A stretch of DNA of 64,000 bases, taken from the NCBI GenBank assembly GCA_963663365.2, contig CAXXIH010000008.1, positions 1,256,319 through 1,320,318 on the forward strand, read 5' to 3'. The translations under genes and the position numbers were made by a program. This stretch comes from a bacterium (GTDB lineage: Bacteria; Hinthialibacterota; Hinthialibacteria; Hinthialibacterales; G963663365). The notes below the pieces were generated by a model, which worked only from the letters and a program-made list of their open reading frames with translations, was not told where the DNA came from and did not search any database. Shown piece by piece: positions 53,384-63,376 of the stretch. Each line of letters begins with the position of its first letter. Position 1 is the first letter of the stretch.

Positions 53384-55864
53384 TTACTGTGATTCAGCAT
53401 TCCCGCCAGCGGCCATAATCTTTAGCGGAACCGAAATTTCAAACGATTCGGGAGCGGAACAGCATTTGTCATCGCAGGCTTGAGTCCGAAGATTAAAATT
53501 CAGTGTTTGGCTTCCGGGCGCTGCATTTTCCGGGATTCTGCACAACACATTAATCGGCACATTGCCTTCATAGACGGAGAGCGGCTCATTGTTGAATGCA
53601 AATGTAATCTCTCTCCCCTCCGGATAATCAATTTTCTCAAATGTGGCCACCGAGTCATCCTCCGCAACAAGCGAAGTGGCAATCAAATAATCCTGCCGTG
53701 GACGATGAGAATTAACATGCCAGCCATTATCAATTGATAAGTGGACTGCAAACCTAAATTCTTCGCCGGGCACAATTGACTTGCGTGACAAAAACACTTC
53801 AACAGCAAGTGGCTTCCGGTAAATAAAGAAGTCTGCGTTACTTTTTGTCTCGCCTTTGCCATCCCCATCCTTCGAATCATAATAGAGTGCCAAGGCATAA
53901 ATCAGGCTCTCCGTACCGCGCGGTGAGCGTTCCAAAAGACCATGGAAGAGATCGAATATCCGTAACGCATAATCCTTCAATTCGGGTTCTTCTAAGTATC
54001 CGGCCAAACACACCAAAACCTTTGCCGCCATGCCATTGCCGGAAGGCAAAGCGCGGTCGAACGGATCCTTGGAGCGCAGCAACAGATCCTCATGATCCAT
54101 GGATGTGAAAAAGAAACCGTCGCCATCCTTATCCCAGTAGTAATCGAGTAATACTTGGACAAGCGAACGGGCTTCCGTCAACCACTTCTCTTCCCCTGTC
54201 GATTCATAAAGTTCAATCAATCCATCAGCCAGAAATGCATAGTCATCCAAATAGGCGTTAAGTTTAGCGTCGCCTTCCCGATAGGTCCGCAACAGACGGT
54301 CATCTTTGCGCATGGTACTTAGGATAAAGTCGGCGGCTCTTTTCGCGGCGTCGATATAGCGCGGCTCCTTCAGCCGGCGGCCGCAATAGGCCAAACTTCC
54401 GATTGCGAGGCCGTTCCAGCTGGTTAAGATTTTATCGTCCAGGTGCGGCCAAATACGCTTGTTACGTTCGGCCAGCAACTTTTGCCTGCACGCCGACAGA
54501 CGGACGCTTATTTCCTCCGCTCCAAGATTTTCGGCCTTCGCAAGTTCGGCAACGGTGCTTTTAAGAAATGGGATATTGGTGCCCGGCCGGTGTCCGCTGG
54601 CTTCCTCATAATAGTTGCCGTCTTGGCTTAGGTTGTAAGTCTTATTGAAGAATTGCCCATCCTGATCCCCAAGAATCGAAAGGACTTCATCGGTACTCCA
54701 CAGATAAAACTTGCCTTCCTCGCCTTCGCTGTCGGCATCGAGCGCCGAATAAAACCCGCCTTCGGGACCGGTCATTTCCCGAAGAATCCAGTCATAGACA
54801 CCGATGGCCACACGGCGGAAATCTTCATTTCCGGTTATGAGATAGCCATCAACATACGCTCTGGATAACTGCGCGTTGTCATACAACATCTTTTCAAAAT
54901 GCGGCAGAAACCATTCTCCATCGGTCGAATAACGATGGAATCCGCCGCCGATATGATCATGAATGCCCCCGAGCGACATTGCGGTGAGTGTTTTTTCCAC
55001 CATTTGCAGCAGACGTTCATCTTGGGTTCGGGGATATTCGTACAAAAGCACGCTCAAACTTCCGTGGGGCGGAAATTTGGGCCTCTCGCTAAATCCGCCA
55101 TGATACGAATCGAATTGATCCCAGAGCGTCTCGGTTAGGCCATCCACAAGTTTCCGGGACAAGCCCTGTGTCGCATGGACCGATCCAAATGACGACATTC
55201 GTTTGATTTCACCGGAAAGTGTCTCAGCCTGCTTTTTCACATTTTCCGGACGTTCACTCCATATTCGGGCCAAAGAAACCAGCAAGGTTTTAAAACCCGG
55301 CATTCCATATCGGTCTTCCGGTGGAAAATAGGTTCCGCAGTACCAGGGCTTACCCTCAGGGGTTAGCCATACGGAATTAGGCCACCCGCCCCGCTGGGTC
55401 ATGAGCTGAGTGGCATTCATATAAATCTCATCGAGATCCGGACGCTCCTCGCGATCCACTTTAATACAGATGTAATGCTCATTCATGAGCCGGGCGATTT
55501 CATTATTTTCGAATGACTCATGCTCCATTACATGGCACCAATGGCATGTGGAATACCCAACCGATAGAAAAATGCATTTGTTTTCACTACGAGCCCGCGT
55601 AAATGCCTCTTCTCCCCAGGGATACCAGTCCACAGGATTCCTGCAATGCTGCAAAAGATAGGGGCTCTTCTCGAATACCAGACGGTTGAATTCAGCCCCT
55701 CCATCCGGTGGCAGTTTGGCGATTTCCGCTTGCGTGGGCATTTTCATACGCTCTCCATGGCTATCGAGAATCGGAACGAGCAAAACAGCGGCAAGAAACA
55801 ACGATACTGACCGGCCGTCAATTCGCGGATAAAAGTAAACACGGCCCGGTATCCGTCGATCCAT
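53384..55864 (-). CDS. thioredoxin-domain DUF255 (YyaL/SPATA20-like) protein fused to a DsbD-N-terminal-like domain
   Basis: Start chosen at the ATG at 55864 (AAAGGAA upstream). '[37 protein letters not shown]' is the DUF255 motif. An alpha/alpha-toroid middle follows. The C-terminal 'GWHVNSHRP....LIATSL' and '[15 protein letters not shown]' resemble DsbD-N/DsbC-like domains. Confidence 0.88.
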   Translation of the reverse strand: MDRRIPGRVYFYPRIDGRSVSLFLAAVLLVPILDSHGERMKMPTQAEIAKLPPDGGAEFNRLVFEKSPYLLQHCRNPVDWYPWGEEAFTRARSENKCIFLSVGYSTCHWCHVMEHESFENNEIARLMNEHYICIKVDREERPDLDEIYMNATQLMTQRGGWPNSVWLTPEGKPWYCGTYFPPEDRYGMPGFKTLLVSLARIWSERPENVKKQAETLSGEIKRMSSFGSVHATQGLSRKLVDGLTETLWDQFDSYHGGFSERPKFPPHGSLSVLLYEYPRTQDERLLQMVEKTLTAMSLGGIHDHIGGGFHRYSTDGEWFLPHFEKMLYDNAQLSRAYVDGYLITGNEDFRRVAIGVYDWILREMTGPEGGFYSALDADSEGEEGKFYLWSTDEVLSILGDQDGQFFNKTYNLSQDGNYYEEASGHRPGTNIPFLKSTVAELAKAENLGAEEISVRLSACRQKLLAERNKRIWPHLDDKILTSWNGLAIGSLAYCGRRLKEPRYIDAAKRAADFILSTMRKDDRLLRTYREGDAKLNAYLDDYAFLADGLIELYESTGEEKWLTEARSLVQVLLDYYWDKDGDGFFFTSMDHEDLLLRSKDPFDRALPSGNGMAAKVLVCLAGYLEEPELKDYALRIFDLFHGLLERSPRGTESLIYALALYYDSKDGDGKGETKSNADFFIYRKPLAVEVFLSRKSIVPGEEFRFAVHLSIDNGWHVNSHRPRQDYLIATSLVAEDDSVATFEKIDYPEGREITFAFNNEPLSVYEGNVPINVLCRIPENAAPGSQTLNFNLRTQACDDKCCSAPESFEISVPLKIMAAGGNAESQ

Positions 55865-55993
55865 AAACGGTTCCTTTTGACTTGATGGTTGAAACCTGCC
55901 GCCAGACAAAGACTACGAATTCCCCTCCAATGGTCCTAGCTTCGTCGGGATATTAGAAAAAAGGAAGGTTGAAAGCAGAAGATACGTGTAAAC

Positions 55994-56581
55994 TCAGACA
56001 CCGTTTACGACAGCAACCCGCTCTTTGGAAAACCCCATATTCATGAGCCGGTCACAACGGTCTTTGACACGCTCAGCATCTGTGATCAAAACAAAATCAC
56101 AATCGTCATTACGCAGAGTTTCAACATCTTCGACTTTGATGTCGGCAACATGAGAGCCATTGGGCTCTTCATCAATCACTTGTACGACCGAAAATCCAAG
56201 TTCTTTTGCGCTGAGATAGGCCAGTTCAGCGGTTTCACCGCTTCCATAAAAAACAACACGCTTTTTGCCGGATTGCAGATGCGGTTCCAGTGATTTGCGG
56301 AAATCCTCGCGCATATAACGATAGTATTGGAAAGAATAACGAAGAAACTCGTACGCCAAACGGCTTTTTTCCGAAATCCCCTTGGGTGTCAACAAATAGC
56401 GGACTTTGCGCCCTCTAAGTTTAGAAATTTTCACATACCCCTTTTTAACAACACGCTTCATTAAGAGATTGGTGAGCCCTACAGCCACACCCATGCGTAC
56501 GGCCAAATCATTCTGAGTTAGCCCTGCATCTTTTTCGATCTCGGTAAGGAGCTCGAGGGTGCGTTGTTGTTCCTTATCCAT
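55994..56581 (-). CDS. winged-helix (MarR-like, EPS-associated type) regulator with a C-terminal Rossmann-like domain
   Basis: 'LTQNDLAVRMGVAVGLTNLLMKRVVKKGYVKISKL.GRKVRYLLTPKG' is a wHTH. 'KRVVFYGSGETAELAY' is a nucleotide-binding-like beta-alpha-beta element. Confidence 0.7.
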   Translation of the reverse strand: MDKEQQRTLELLTEIEKDAGLTQNDLAVRMGVAVGLTNLLMKRVVKKGYVKISKLRGRKVRYLLTPKGISEKSRLAYEFLRYSFQYYRYMREDFRKSLEPHLQSGKKRVVFYGSGETAELAYLSAKELGFSVVQVIDEEPNGSHVADIKVEDVETLRNDDCDFVLITDAERVKDRCDRLMNMGFSKERVAVVNGV

Positions 56582-56729
56582 AACGGCTTGTTAGAGATTC
56601 ATTTTCTGAAGTTCAGAATGAGAATATTATGAAGTTTCACGAATAAGTGTCAACCAGGAAACGAGCAAAATCACCGCACATGTGGCTTTTATACCACACA
56701 GCGAGACAGCGCGAATATTCAGATTTAAC

Positions 56730-58235
56730 TTAAGTTGCGTTAGGCATCATGACGTAATCGGAGGAGACATGCTCGCAAATCGGTGTCTGTTCACGATTAC
56801 GTAACCCCTCGATTAATTTCTCTTCTACGAAGCGAGGTTGATGCCAGTGCCGCGGCAGACGGCCGCCGTTCCATTTCATGGCCTGCTCTTTGATCTTGCT
56901 CATAACCTGAAGAAGCTTGATCTTCGGATAATCGGCCGGAAGAACCTTCAGGAGCGTCTTGACCATCTGGAAAAGAGCCGGATAGCTCACAAAAAGATGC
57001 GCACAATGCCCGATCTTTTCGATGATCTCTTTGTCTTTTAAAAACAGCGAGGATGTTAACGAATCCTGAAATTCTCTCGGAATTTCGGAAAGGTTGCCTG
57101 AGAATCCCTGTTCTTTGGCGATTTCGCCGAGTTTGGTTCCGGGGAACGGCGCAAAGAAAGAGAAGGTATTCACATGAACCCGGCACCGGATATTCAGTTC
57201 GATGGTCGATAAGGCCGTTTCGACTGTTTCACCCGGAACACCGATCATGTTCTGCCCGACAACTTTGATATTACGGTCGTAAAGAAGATCGCACGCCCGG
57301 ATAATCTGATCGCTGGTCATGTTTTTAGCGAGAATTGTTTTGCGGATTTCGTCATCGCCGCTTTCAATCCCCATCGCCACCCGGATACATCCGGCTTGGG
57401 CCAAAAGATCCGCCAATTCTTCGTCTGTAAGATCCGCGCGGATATTGCAGATAAAAGGCAATCCGACTTCCTTGGCATAAAGCGGACAAAACTCGCGGAG
57501 CCAACGGCGGTTTAGGATAAATGTATCATCTTGAAAGGCGACATAAATCACACCATACCGGTCACGTAGCCATTTGACTTCTTCAACAACGCTTTCAGCG
57601 GTGCGTTGCCGTGTCCATTTGCCATCCTGCAAATTCCGTGAGACATGATTAAAGCAGAATGTGCAATCATAGGGACAACCCCGCCCGGCCATCATAAAAC
57701 CGATAGGCGAATGCCAAATTTGATAGGGCCGCATAAGGTCGCGATCCGGGAAAGGCATTTTGCTGAGTTCTTCTTTGCTTAAGAAAGGCCGGTTGGGATT
57801 CTTTTTGATGTCACCGTTGATTCTGAAATGAAGGTTGGAAATTTCCGTATAGTCTTTTCCCGCCTCCATGGCATCAGCCAATTCCAAAGTCGGATATTCC
57901 CCTTCACCCAAGCAGATAGAATCGATGCTTTTATCCATCTCCAAAACTTGTGGAAAATAGCTGGGGTGAGGACCGCCAAAAAGCGTATGAATCTCCGGCA
58001 AGGCACGTTTAATTTCGGCGTTTACTTCTTGGTAACGTGGAGCCTGGCTGGTCGCAACCGAGAAACAGAGCAACTGGGGATCGAGTTGACGCACGGCTTC
58101 CGCGCAGTCTTCGGTCTCGTCGATATTGATGCTTGAGACCGTATGACCATGCTGTTTGAGAACAGACGAAATATAGGTCGCGCCTAGCGGCTGATGTTCG
58201 AGAATGATGTCGTCGAAGACAAAACAGATATGCAT
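56730..58235 (-). CDS. B12-binding domain radical SAM protein
   Basis: N-terminal B12-binding-like domain (MHICFVFDD...LGATYISSVLKQHGHTV). 'GRGCPYDCTFC' is the CxxxCxxC cluster motif. Confidence 0.9.
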   Translation of the reverse strand: MHICFVFDDIILEHQPLGATYISSVLKQHGHTVSSINIDETEDCAEAVRQLDPQLLCFSVATSQAPRYQEVNAEIKRALPEIHTLFGGPHPSYFPQVLEMDKSIDSICLGEGEYPTLELADAMEAGKDYTEISNLHFRINGDIKKNPNRPFLSKEELSKMPFPDRDLMRPYQIWHSPIGFMMAGRGCPYDCTFCFNHVSRNLQDGKWTRQRTAESVVEEVKWLRDRYGVIYVAFQDDTFILNRRWLREFCPLYAKEVGLPFICNIRADLTDEELADLLAQAGCIRVAMGIESGDDEIRKTILAKNMTSDQIIRACDLLYDRNIKVVGQNMIGVPGETVETALSTIELNIRCRVHVNTFSFFAPFPGTKLGEIAKEQGFSGNLSEIPREFQDSLTSSLFLKDKEIIEKIGHCAHLFVSYPALFQMVKTLLKVLPADYPKIKLLQVMSKIKEQAMKWNGGRLPRHWHQPRFVEEKLIEGLRNREQTPICEHVSSDYVMMPNAT

Positions 58236-58322
58236 GGGAAATCCCGGCTCCTGTTACCTATGCGGCCTCTTAATATTTAACCTAGTTTAATAGATAGTAC
58301 GCAAGCCGCCTTTTCTTGGCAA

Positions 58323-60374
58323 GTGCCGTGTTCTCAAGCGTATAGCAATCCAAACCAAGCCGGAATGTTTGGCTATATTCAGCAACTGCGGACCACGATA
58401 TTCTGTCGTCTCCAAGGCGATTGCAGTACGCTTCAATTGGGATACAGCTGGTTGGGGAGCCCGTTTTCAAAGTCCCATTTAGACCATAAGACGGAGCCGC
58501 ATACTTTGTCCGCATTCCTTCTCCCCATAGCAATGGCCGTATGCCTGGTGGGTATCGCCTCGTTTCCCAACACATGGCCCAAGTACCGGGATGAGGCAGA
58601 TGAACCAACCGGCACGGGTGTGCGTATGGCCCTGATCTTGGCCTGCTTGGCCATCATGATGGCATCGGCGGGAATGTTGGGTATCTTAGGAAAACCTCTA
58701 TCTATTGTAATTTCAGTAGGTTGGATTTTATTGGGACTTTATGGCTGGTCCCGTTTCGGCTGGAACGGCCGGTTCTCCCAATGGTCAAAATTCGACTGGC
58801 TTTTGCTTACAATTCCTATCGTGATCTCATCCGTCAACTTCCTTTCCTGCCTTTCTCCTGAGATACGCCACGATGCCTACGACTACCATTTAAATGTTCC
58901 CAATTTGTATGACATAGCAGGCCGGATTCACGAAATCACATGGCATGTCTTCTCTTATATGCCCAAGTTCGGGGAAATGTTTTATGCCCTCATCCTGCCA
59001 CTTGCACACGACACCTCTACAAGACTCATTCACCTTGGTTTCGGGCTCCTGGCACTCCGGTTGATTTACGATATCGCCCGCATAAGCACATCGAAGAGGA
59101 CGGCGTTATTCATTGTAGCCGTGACTTCAACCGTTCCACTTTTCTCTTATTTATGCACGGTTTCTTACATTGACCTATTTCGGGCCGTCTGGGAGCTGAG
59201 TGTTCTTTATGTATTGGTGCGTTGGGACCGAATCAATCGGATTGACGGTACGGTCAAACAATACGGGAAGACAATCATCACACTCGGTGTTTTATGCGGA
59301 ATGATGCTGGGCACAAAATATGTGGCCTGGCTGGTTTCATGGCTGCCCATCGCGGGCCTGCTCATGGTTGTAGGCTGCAACAGGCAAGGCCTATCCCGGC
59401 GGGTGATAAACGTTGCCATTGTCACCGCCATCGCTTTAATTGTGGCCTCTCCCTGGCTTTTCGTGAATGCTGTCTGGACCGGAAATCCCGTCTATCCCCT
59501 GCTGCCTTCGGTCTTCGGACATGATGCACCGGCCAGTATGGATGCATACGCCTTTATTCGCGGCCATGCGCCCCCGGCCGAAACGTATGCGCTGGGAAAT
59601 ATCCTGCCGTTTATCATGACAAGACTGACCGCCTTGGGTGTCGGCGGCAATTACCTGCTCTTTGCCGCACTGCTTCTATCCGGAGTTGTGTTCATGGCTC
59701 CCGGAAGCCGCAGAGAGGCAATTCAAAATGAGCGGACTTATACGCTCTTATGTTCTTTCCTTGTGTTCTCGTTTCTTCTATTTCTCTTTGGGACAGGCAA
59801 TCACGACGGGCGTTTCGCAATTACCACATTGTTGTTGGCTCCGCTTGTTGCCGTAATGGCCTGGAATTTAATCGACAGTACATACCTCAACTCAGAAAAA
59901 TACGAAAAGTACCGTCATTTGATGGCGCCGATGGTCCTTTCCCTGCTCACGCTTCTATGGATTCAACACCGGGCCTATCAAGCACACGATTTCGAAGAGA
60001 CATTCACCCCCGCTCTATCGGCTGAAGCACGCAACGCCTATTTGGATCGCCGTTTTCCGAATATGCCCATCACCCGTTGGGTCAATAAAAACTTAACACT
60101 CGACGATAAAGTCATGGGCATAGGCTATCCGTGCCAAATCCTTTATATGGCACATATCAAACACGGCTATTACACGGCATTTCCGGAGGGCGTGCCTCAA
60201 AAATTCACACCGGCTTGGATTGAAGGTCTACAGGCAATGAAGGTAACCCATGTTGTATTTCCCGCCGCTGTACTAAAAGAAAACGAAGATTATAATGCGA
60301 TATCAAGTTCGGGAGTTGTCGAGCCGGTCCAAGAAATAAACGGTTACGTACTAATTCGTTTAAATGGAACCTGA
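58323..60374 (+). CDS. polytopic membrane protein, GT-C (ArnT/PMT-like) glycosyltransferase candidate
   Basis: More than 10 TM segments plus a C-terminal soluble domain. The real start is probably internal (ATG at 58533 or 58626), because the first ~70 codons look non-coding. Confidence 0.65.
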   Translation: MPCSQAYSNPNQAGMFGYIQQLRTTIFCRLQGDCSTLQLGYSWLGSPFSKSHLDHKTEPHTLSAFLLPIAMAVCLVGIASFPNTWPKYRDEADEPTGTGVRMALILACLAIMMASAGMLGILGKPLSIVISVGWILLGLYGWSRFGWNGRFSQWSKFDWLLLTIPIVISSVNFLSCLSPEIRHDAYDYHLNVPNLYDIAGRIHEITWHVFSYMPKFGEMFYALILPLAHDTSTRLIHLGFGLLALRLIYDIARISTSKRTALFIVAVTSTVPLFSYLCTVSYIDLFRAVWELSVLYVLVRWDRINRIDGTVKQYGKTIITLGVLCGMMLGTKYVAWLVSWLPIAGLLMVVGCNRQGLSRRVINVAIVTAIALIVASPWLFVNAVWTGNPVYPLLPSVFGHDAPASMDAYAFIRGHAPPAETYALGNILPFIMTRLTALGVGGNYLLFAALLLSGVVFMAPGSRREAIQNERTYTLLCSFLVFSFLLFLFGTGNHDGRFAITTLLLAPLVAVMAWNLIDSTYLNSEKYEKYRHLMAPMVLSLLTLLWIQHRAYQAHDFEETFTPALSAEARNAYLDRRFPNMPITRWVNKNLTLDDKVMGIGYPCQILYMAHIKHGYYTAFPEGVPQKFTPAWIEGLQAMKVTHVVFPAAVLKENEDYNAISSSGVVEPVQEINGYVLIRLNGT

Positions 60375-61392
60375 TCCAAAATCCACAAAAAACCGAAACT
60401 CTACAAAGATTCTGATTTACCGGCACGGTGCAGTCGGTGACACCATTTTAACCGCACCGGTCCTTGAGACATTACGCCGAATCCACAACAATCCCGAAAT
60501 CACGGTGATGGGGCATCTCGACCGTTGCCGGCTCTTGGTCCGTGAGGGGCTGGCTCATCATGCCGTATCTTCGGAAATTTTCCCCCTGTATACGTTAAGC
60601 ACAGAAAATCCCTTGCCGGATCCTCTACGTCATTTTTTGAAGGGCTTTGATGTATGTCTTTGGTATGGAATCGACCGTCACGGCACACTAGAAAACCACC
60701 TCAAGGCCTGTATCCGGACAGTATGTTTGTGGCCGCCAAAACCGGAAGAACATTCGGGAATTCATATTATCGATCATCTTCTGGAACCTGCCGCCGGAAC
60801 AGGACGCATAGGTGAAGGACCGATTGTACGGCTCCCCATCAGTGATACAGAACATAAGCGCGGACAAATGCTGTGTCAGGAATTGGACATTCTTCCGGAT
60901 GAGACTCTGATTTTGTTGGCCCCCGGCACAAGCAATCCTGCTAAACGCTGGCCGTTGGATAATTTTGCGCGGCTGGCTGGCGAGTTGAAATTAATAAAAT
61001 GTAAAAATGACGCTATCACTCAAATGCATATTGCGGTCTTGCACGGCCCCGAAGAGGAGATCATCGGAGAGCAACTCTACGGGCTCTTGAAGCCTCTATC
61101 CGAACAGGAAAAATGCAAAACAAGTTTGTTGCCGGTGCTTTCACTTGAAGATGTGGCCGCGCTGATTACCACTGCCTCATTTTATGCCGGGAACGATTCC
61201 GGTTTAACACACCTATCGGCTGCATTAGGAATTCCCACGCTGGCAATATTTATCTGTACTGATCCCCAAATCTGGTCTCCGCGCGGCGCAAATTCTTCAT
61301 GGATCATGGCAAAAGATGGAAACTATCTACAACAAGTAAACGATGAAGCCCAAAGACTCTTTTCCAAAGGAACCGGCAGTGCGCTTGGCTAA
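60364..61392 (+). CDS. family 9 glycosyltransferase (heptosyltransferase-like)
   Basis: 'ILIYRHGAVGDTILTAPVLE.LR' N-terminus, 'APGTSNPAKRWP...FA.LA', 'FYAGNDSGLTHLSAALG.PT.A.F'. It overlaps the upstream gene by 11 nt. Confidence 0.85.
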   Translation: MEPDPKSTKNRNSTKILIYRHGAVGDTILTAPVLETLRRIHNNPEITVMGHLDRCRLLVREGLAHHAVSSEIFPLYTLSTENPLPDPLRHFLKGFDVCLWYGIDRHGTLENHLKACIRTVCLWPPKPEEHSGIHIIDHLLEPAAGTGRIGEGPIVRLPISDTEHKRGQMLCQELDILPDETLILLAPGTSNPAKRWPLDNFARLAGELKLIKCKNDAITQMHIAVLHGPEEEIIGEQLYGLLKPLSEQEKCKTSLLPVLSLEDVAALITTASFYAGNDSGLTHLSAALGIPTLAIFICTDPQIWSPRGANSSWIMAKDGNYLQQVNDEAQRLFSKGTGSALG

Positions 61393-61480
61393 GACCTCTC
61401 ACCTGCCGATACTCTATTGATGCAGGCAAGTTATCTGTGAAATCATCGAATTTTGATTCAAGAACGAAAAGAGAAACTGC

Positions 61481-62878
61481 ATGGATCCAATCGCGGGCCA
61501 GCTCTTAAATCTCTCCAATACAGCCGCAGATACGTCATTGGCCCGGCTTTTGTCCGGAGGCAGCCAGGCCGGCCGTATTCTCGGTGACTTGGGTGGCGGC
61601 AAGGCCTCGGTTTTGCTGGGGGGAAGAGTCTTTCAACTGGACCTGGGAATGGCCCGTATTCCGGTAGGTCAGGCATTGCTTGCACGGCTGGTCGGCGGAC
61701 AACTCCAGATTTCTCTCACAGGCAGTCAAACCGGAAGCGGTTCTCAAAGCGCAAACCAATTAGGCACCGTTGCAGCACGGCCCATGGCCGCAATCCTTGG
61801 AGAGTTCGGTCTGCCCTCCAGTGTTACCAATTCCGCAGTGGCCTCGGCACTCATGGCGGCCGGAATGCCCCTGACTCGTGATGTAATTCTGGCTTTGGCC
61901 CGTGCCTTAGGCGAGGTTGAGCAGGACCAAAGCGGCGCTTTGGCGTTTCTGCTGGGACGGGGACTTCCGATATCGCCGGAAATGCTTGCCAATACCAGCC
62001 GTCTGCTGTCACAACGTTTCACACTGGGTGACAGCCTGGCGAAAATTATGCAAGGACTACGGGGACTCGACGAAAGTCTGGAAGAGCTGGGTGAAGACAT
62101 CATTCCGATCAGCCGCAAACAGCGCTTCCAAGAACACGGCGAACAATTAGCCAAGCACCGGCAAAGCTGGCCGCAACCGGAGTCAAGCGGCGACGAGGAT
62201 AATTTAGAGGAATCAAAACCGGCGGCCGCCGAGTTGGCGGACAAACTTGAGAAACAAGAAGGCGAACACCGCAAGAATCCGGAAGCAGCTATCGTTGCCG
62301 GAAAACCACCGGATCAAAACGATTTGGCCGGTGTGCTGTTGCTACTGCAACAAGATTTGGCGGCATTACAGGCCCTGATTGATGCGCAGGGCTTGAATAT
62401 CAATCTGACATCCTTGCTGGTGTTAACACAAGACACGTATGAGGCATTGGCGGGAGAACGTTTGGGCAATATCCCCAAAAAAGACTCCGATACACCGCCG
62501 GTCTATTACTTTTCCGTCCCTATTCAGTTCGAAGGCGAAGACCGCACACTCGAGTTTCTATTCCGTCAATACAGCAACAGAAAAGAAGAAGGCGGAGATT
62601 TAATTCTACGATTCGAACTTTCGAATTTGGGGCCGATACGTCTGCAACTCGGATGGCGGGAGGGAATGGTCACCTTTACGATGCGTGTTCAAGACGAACC
62701 CACGGCGGAAAGCGTGCGTCCCGAATTGGAGAAACTGCAACAAGCGTTACTAGGCGCGGGATTCCGTACCGGACAACTGCGGGTGCAATCGGGTTACGTT
62801 CCCGAAACATTGCGTGAAGAAATCGATCCGGACTTTGTCCCGCCGGAAGATCCTCAAGGTTTGGACGTAAGGGGGTAG
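61481..62878 (+). CDS. FliK-like (flagellar hook-length control C-terminal domain) protein
   Basis: The C-terminal 'LEFLFRQ....GGDLILRFELSNLGPIRLQLGWREGMVTFTMRVQDEPTAESVRPELEKLQQALLGAGFRTGQLRVQ' fits the Flg_hook/FliK_C pattern (L.P..LG.v.v.l....g.v.v.f.......l...l..L...L...G). Confidence 0.65.
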   Translation: MDPIAGQLLNLSNTAADTSLARLLSGGSQAGRILGDLGGGKASVLLGGRVFQLDLGMARIPVGQALLARLVGGQLQISLTGSQTGSGSQSANQLGTVAARPMAAILGEFGLPSSVTNSAVASALMAAGMPLTRDVILALARALGEVEQDQSGALAFLLGRGLPISPEMLANTSRLLSQRFTLGDSLAKIMQGLRGLDESLEELGEDIIPISRKQRFQEHGEQLAKHRQSWPQPESSGDEDNLEESKPAAAELADKLEKQEGEHRKNPEAAIVAGKPPDQNDLAGVLLLLQQDLAALQALIDAQGLNINLTSLLVLTQDTYEALAGERLGNIPKKDSDTPPVYYFSVPIQFEGEDRTLEFLFRQYSNRKEEGGDLILRFELSNLGPIRLQLGWREGMVTFTMRVQDEPTAESVRPELEKLQQALLGAGFRTGQLRVQSGYVPETLREEIDPDFVPPEDPQGLDVRG

Positions 62879-62882
62879 CCGG

Positions 62883-63338
62883 TTACATCTTGCCCGCCAG
62901 CCGTAGACGGGCTTGCACGGCGAGTTCGTCGCAACGGTTGTTTTCAGGATTGTCGGCGTGACCGCGTACCCATTTCCAGGTAATTGGGTATTTCTTTGAA
63001 TACTTAAGCAATTCCAGCCATAAATCCTTATTCTTCACGGGCTTTTTGCTTGCCGTTTTCCAATCGTTGCGCTGCCAATTATCCAACCAATGCTGTGTAA
63101 ACGCATTACGCAGGTATTGGGAATCCGTAACCATGGTTACTTCACAATCGCCCTGTAACGCACGCAATCCCTCCAGAGCAGCGATGAGTTCCATACGGTT
63201 ATTGGTCGTGTTCGGTTCCGCGCCGGAGAGTTCTTTTCGCATACCTTTTTCAGGCGCAATCAAAACCGCCCCCCACCCGCCGGTGCCCGGATTGGGTGAG
63301 CACGCGCCATCGCTATAGACAAAAACTTTGGTTGCCAT
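62883..63338 (-). CDS. rnhA: ribonuclease HI
   Basis: 'VYSDGAC..NPG.GGWG.VL', 'TNNRMEL.A..E.L', 'TDSQY', 'W.WV.GH.....N...D.LA'. Start chosen at Met7 (63338). Confidence 0.93.
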   Translation of the reverse strand: MATKVFVYSDGACSPNPGTGGWGAVLIAPEKGMRKELSGAEPNTTNNRMELIAALEGLRALQGDCEVTMVTDSQYLRNAFTQHWLDNWQRNDWKTASKKPVKNKDLWLELLKYSKKYPITWKWVRGHADNPENNRCDELAVQARLRLAGKM

Positions 63339-63376
63339 TTGCATTTTCCAATTCACAAATTTAGAGATGTTTTTGT

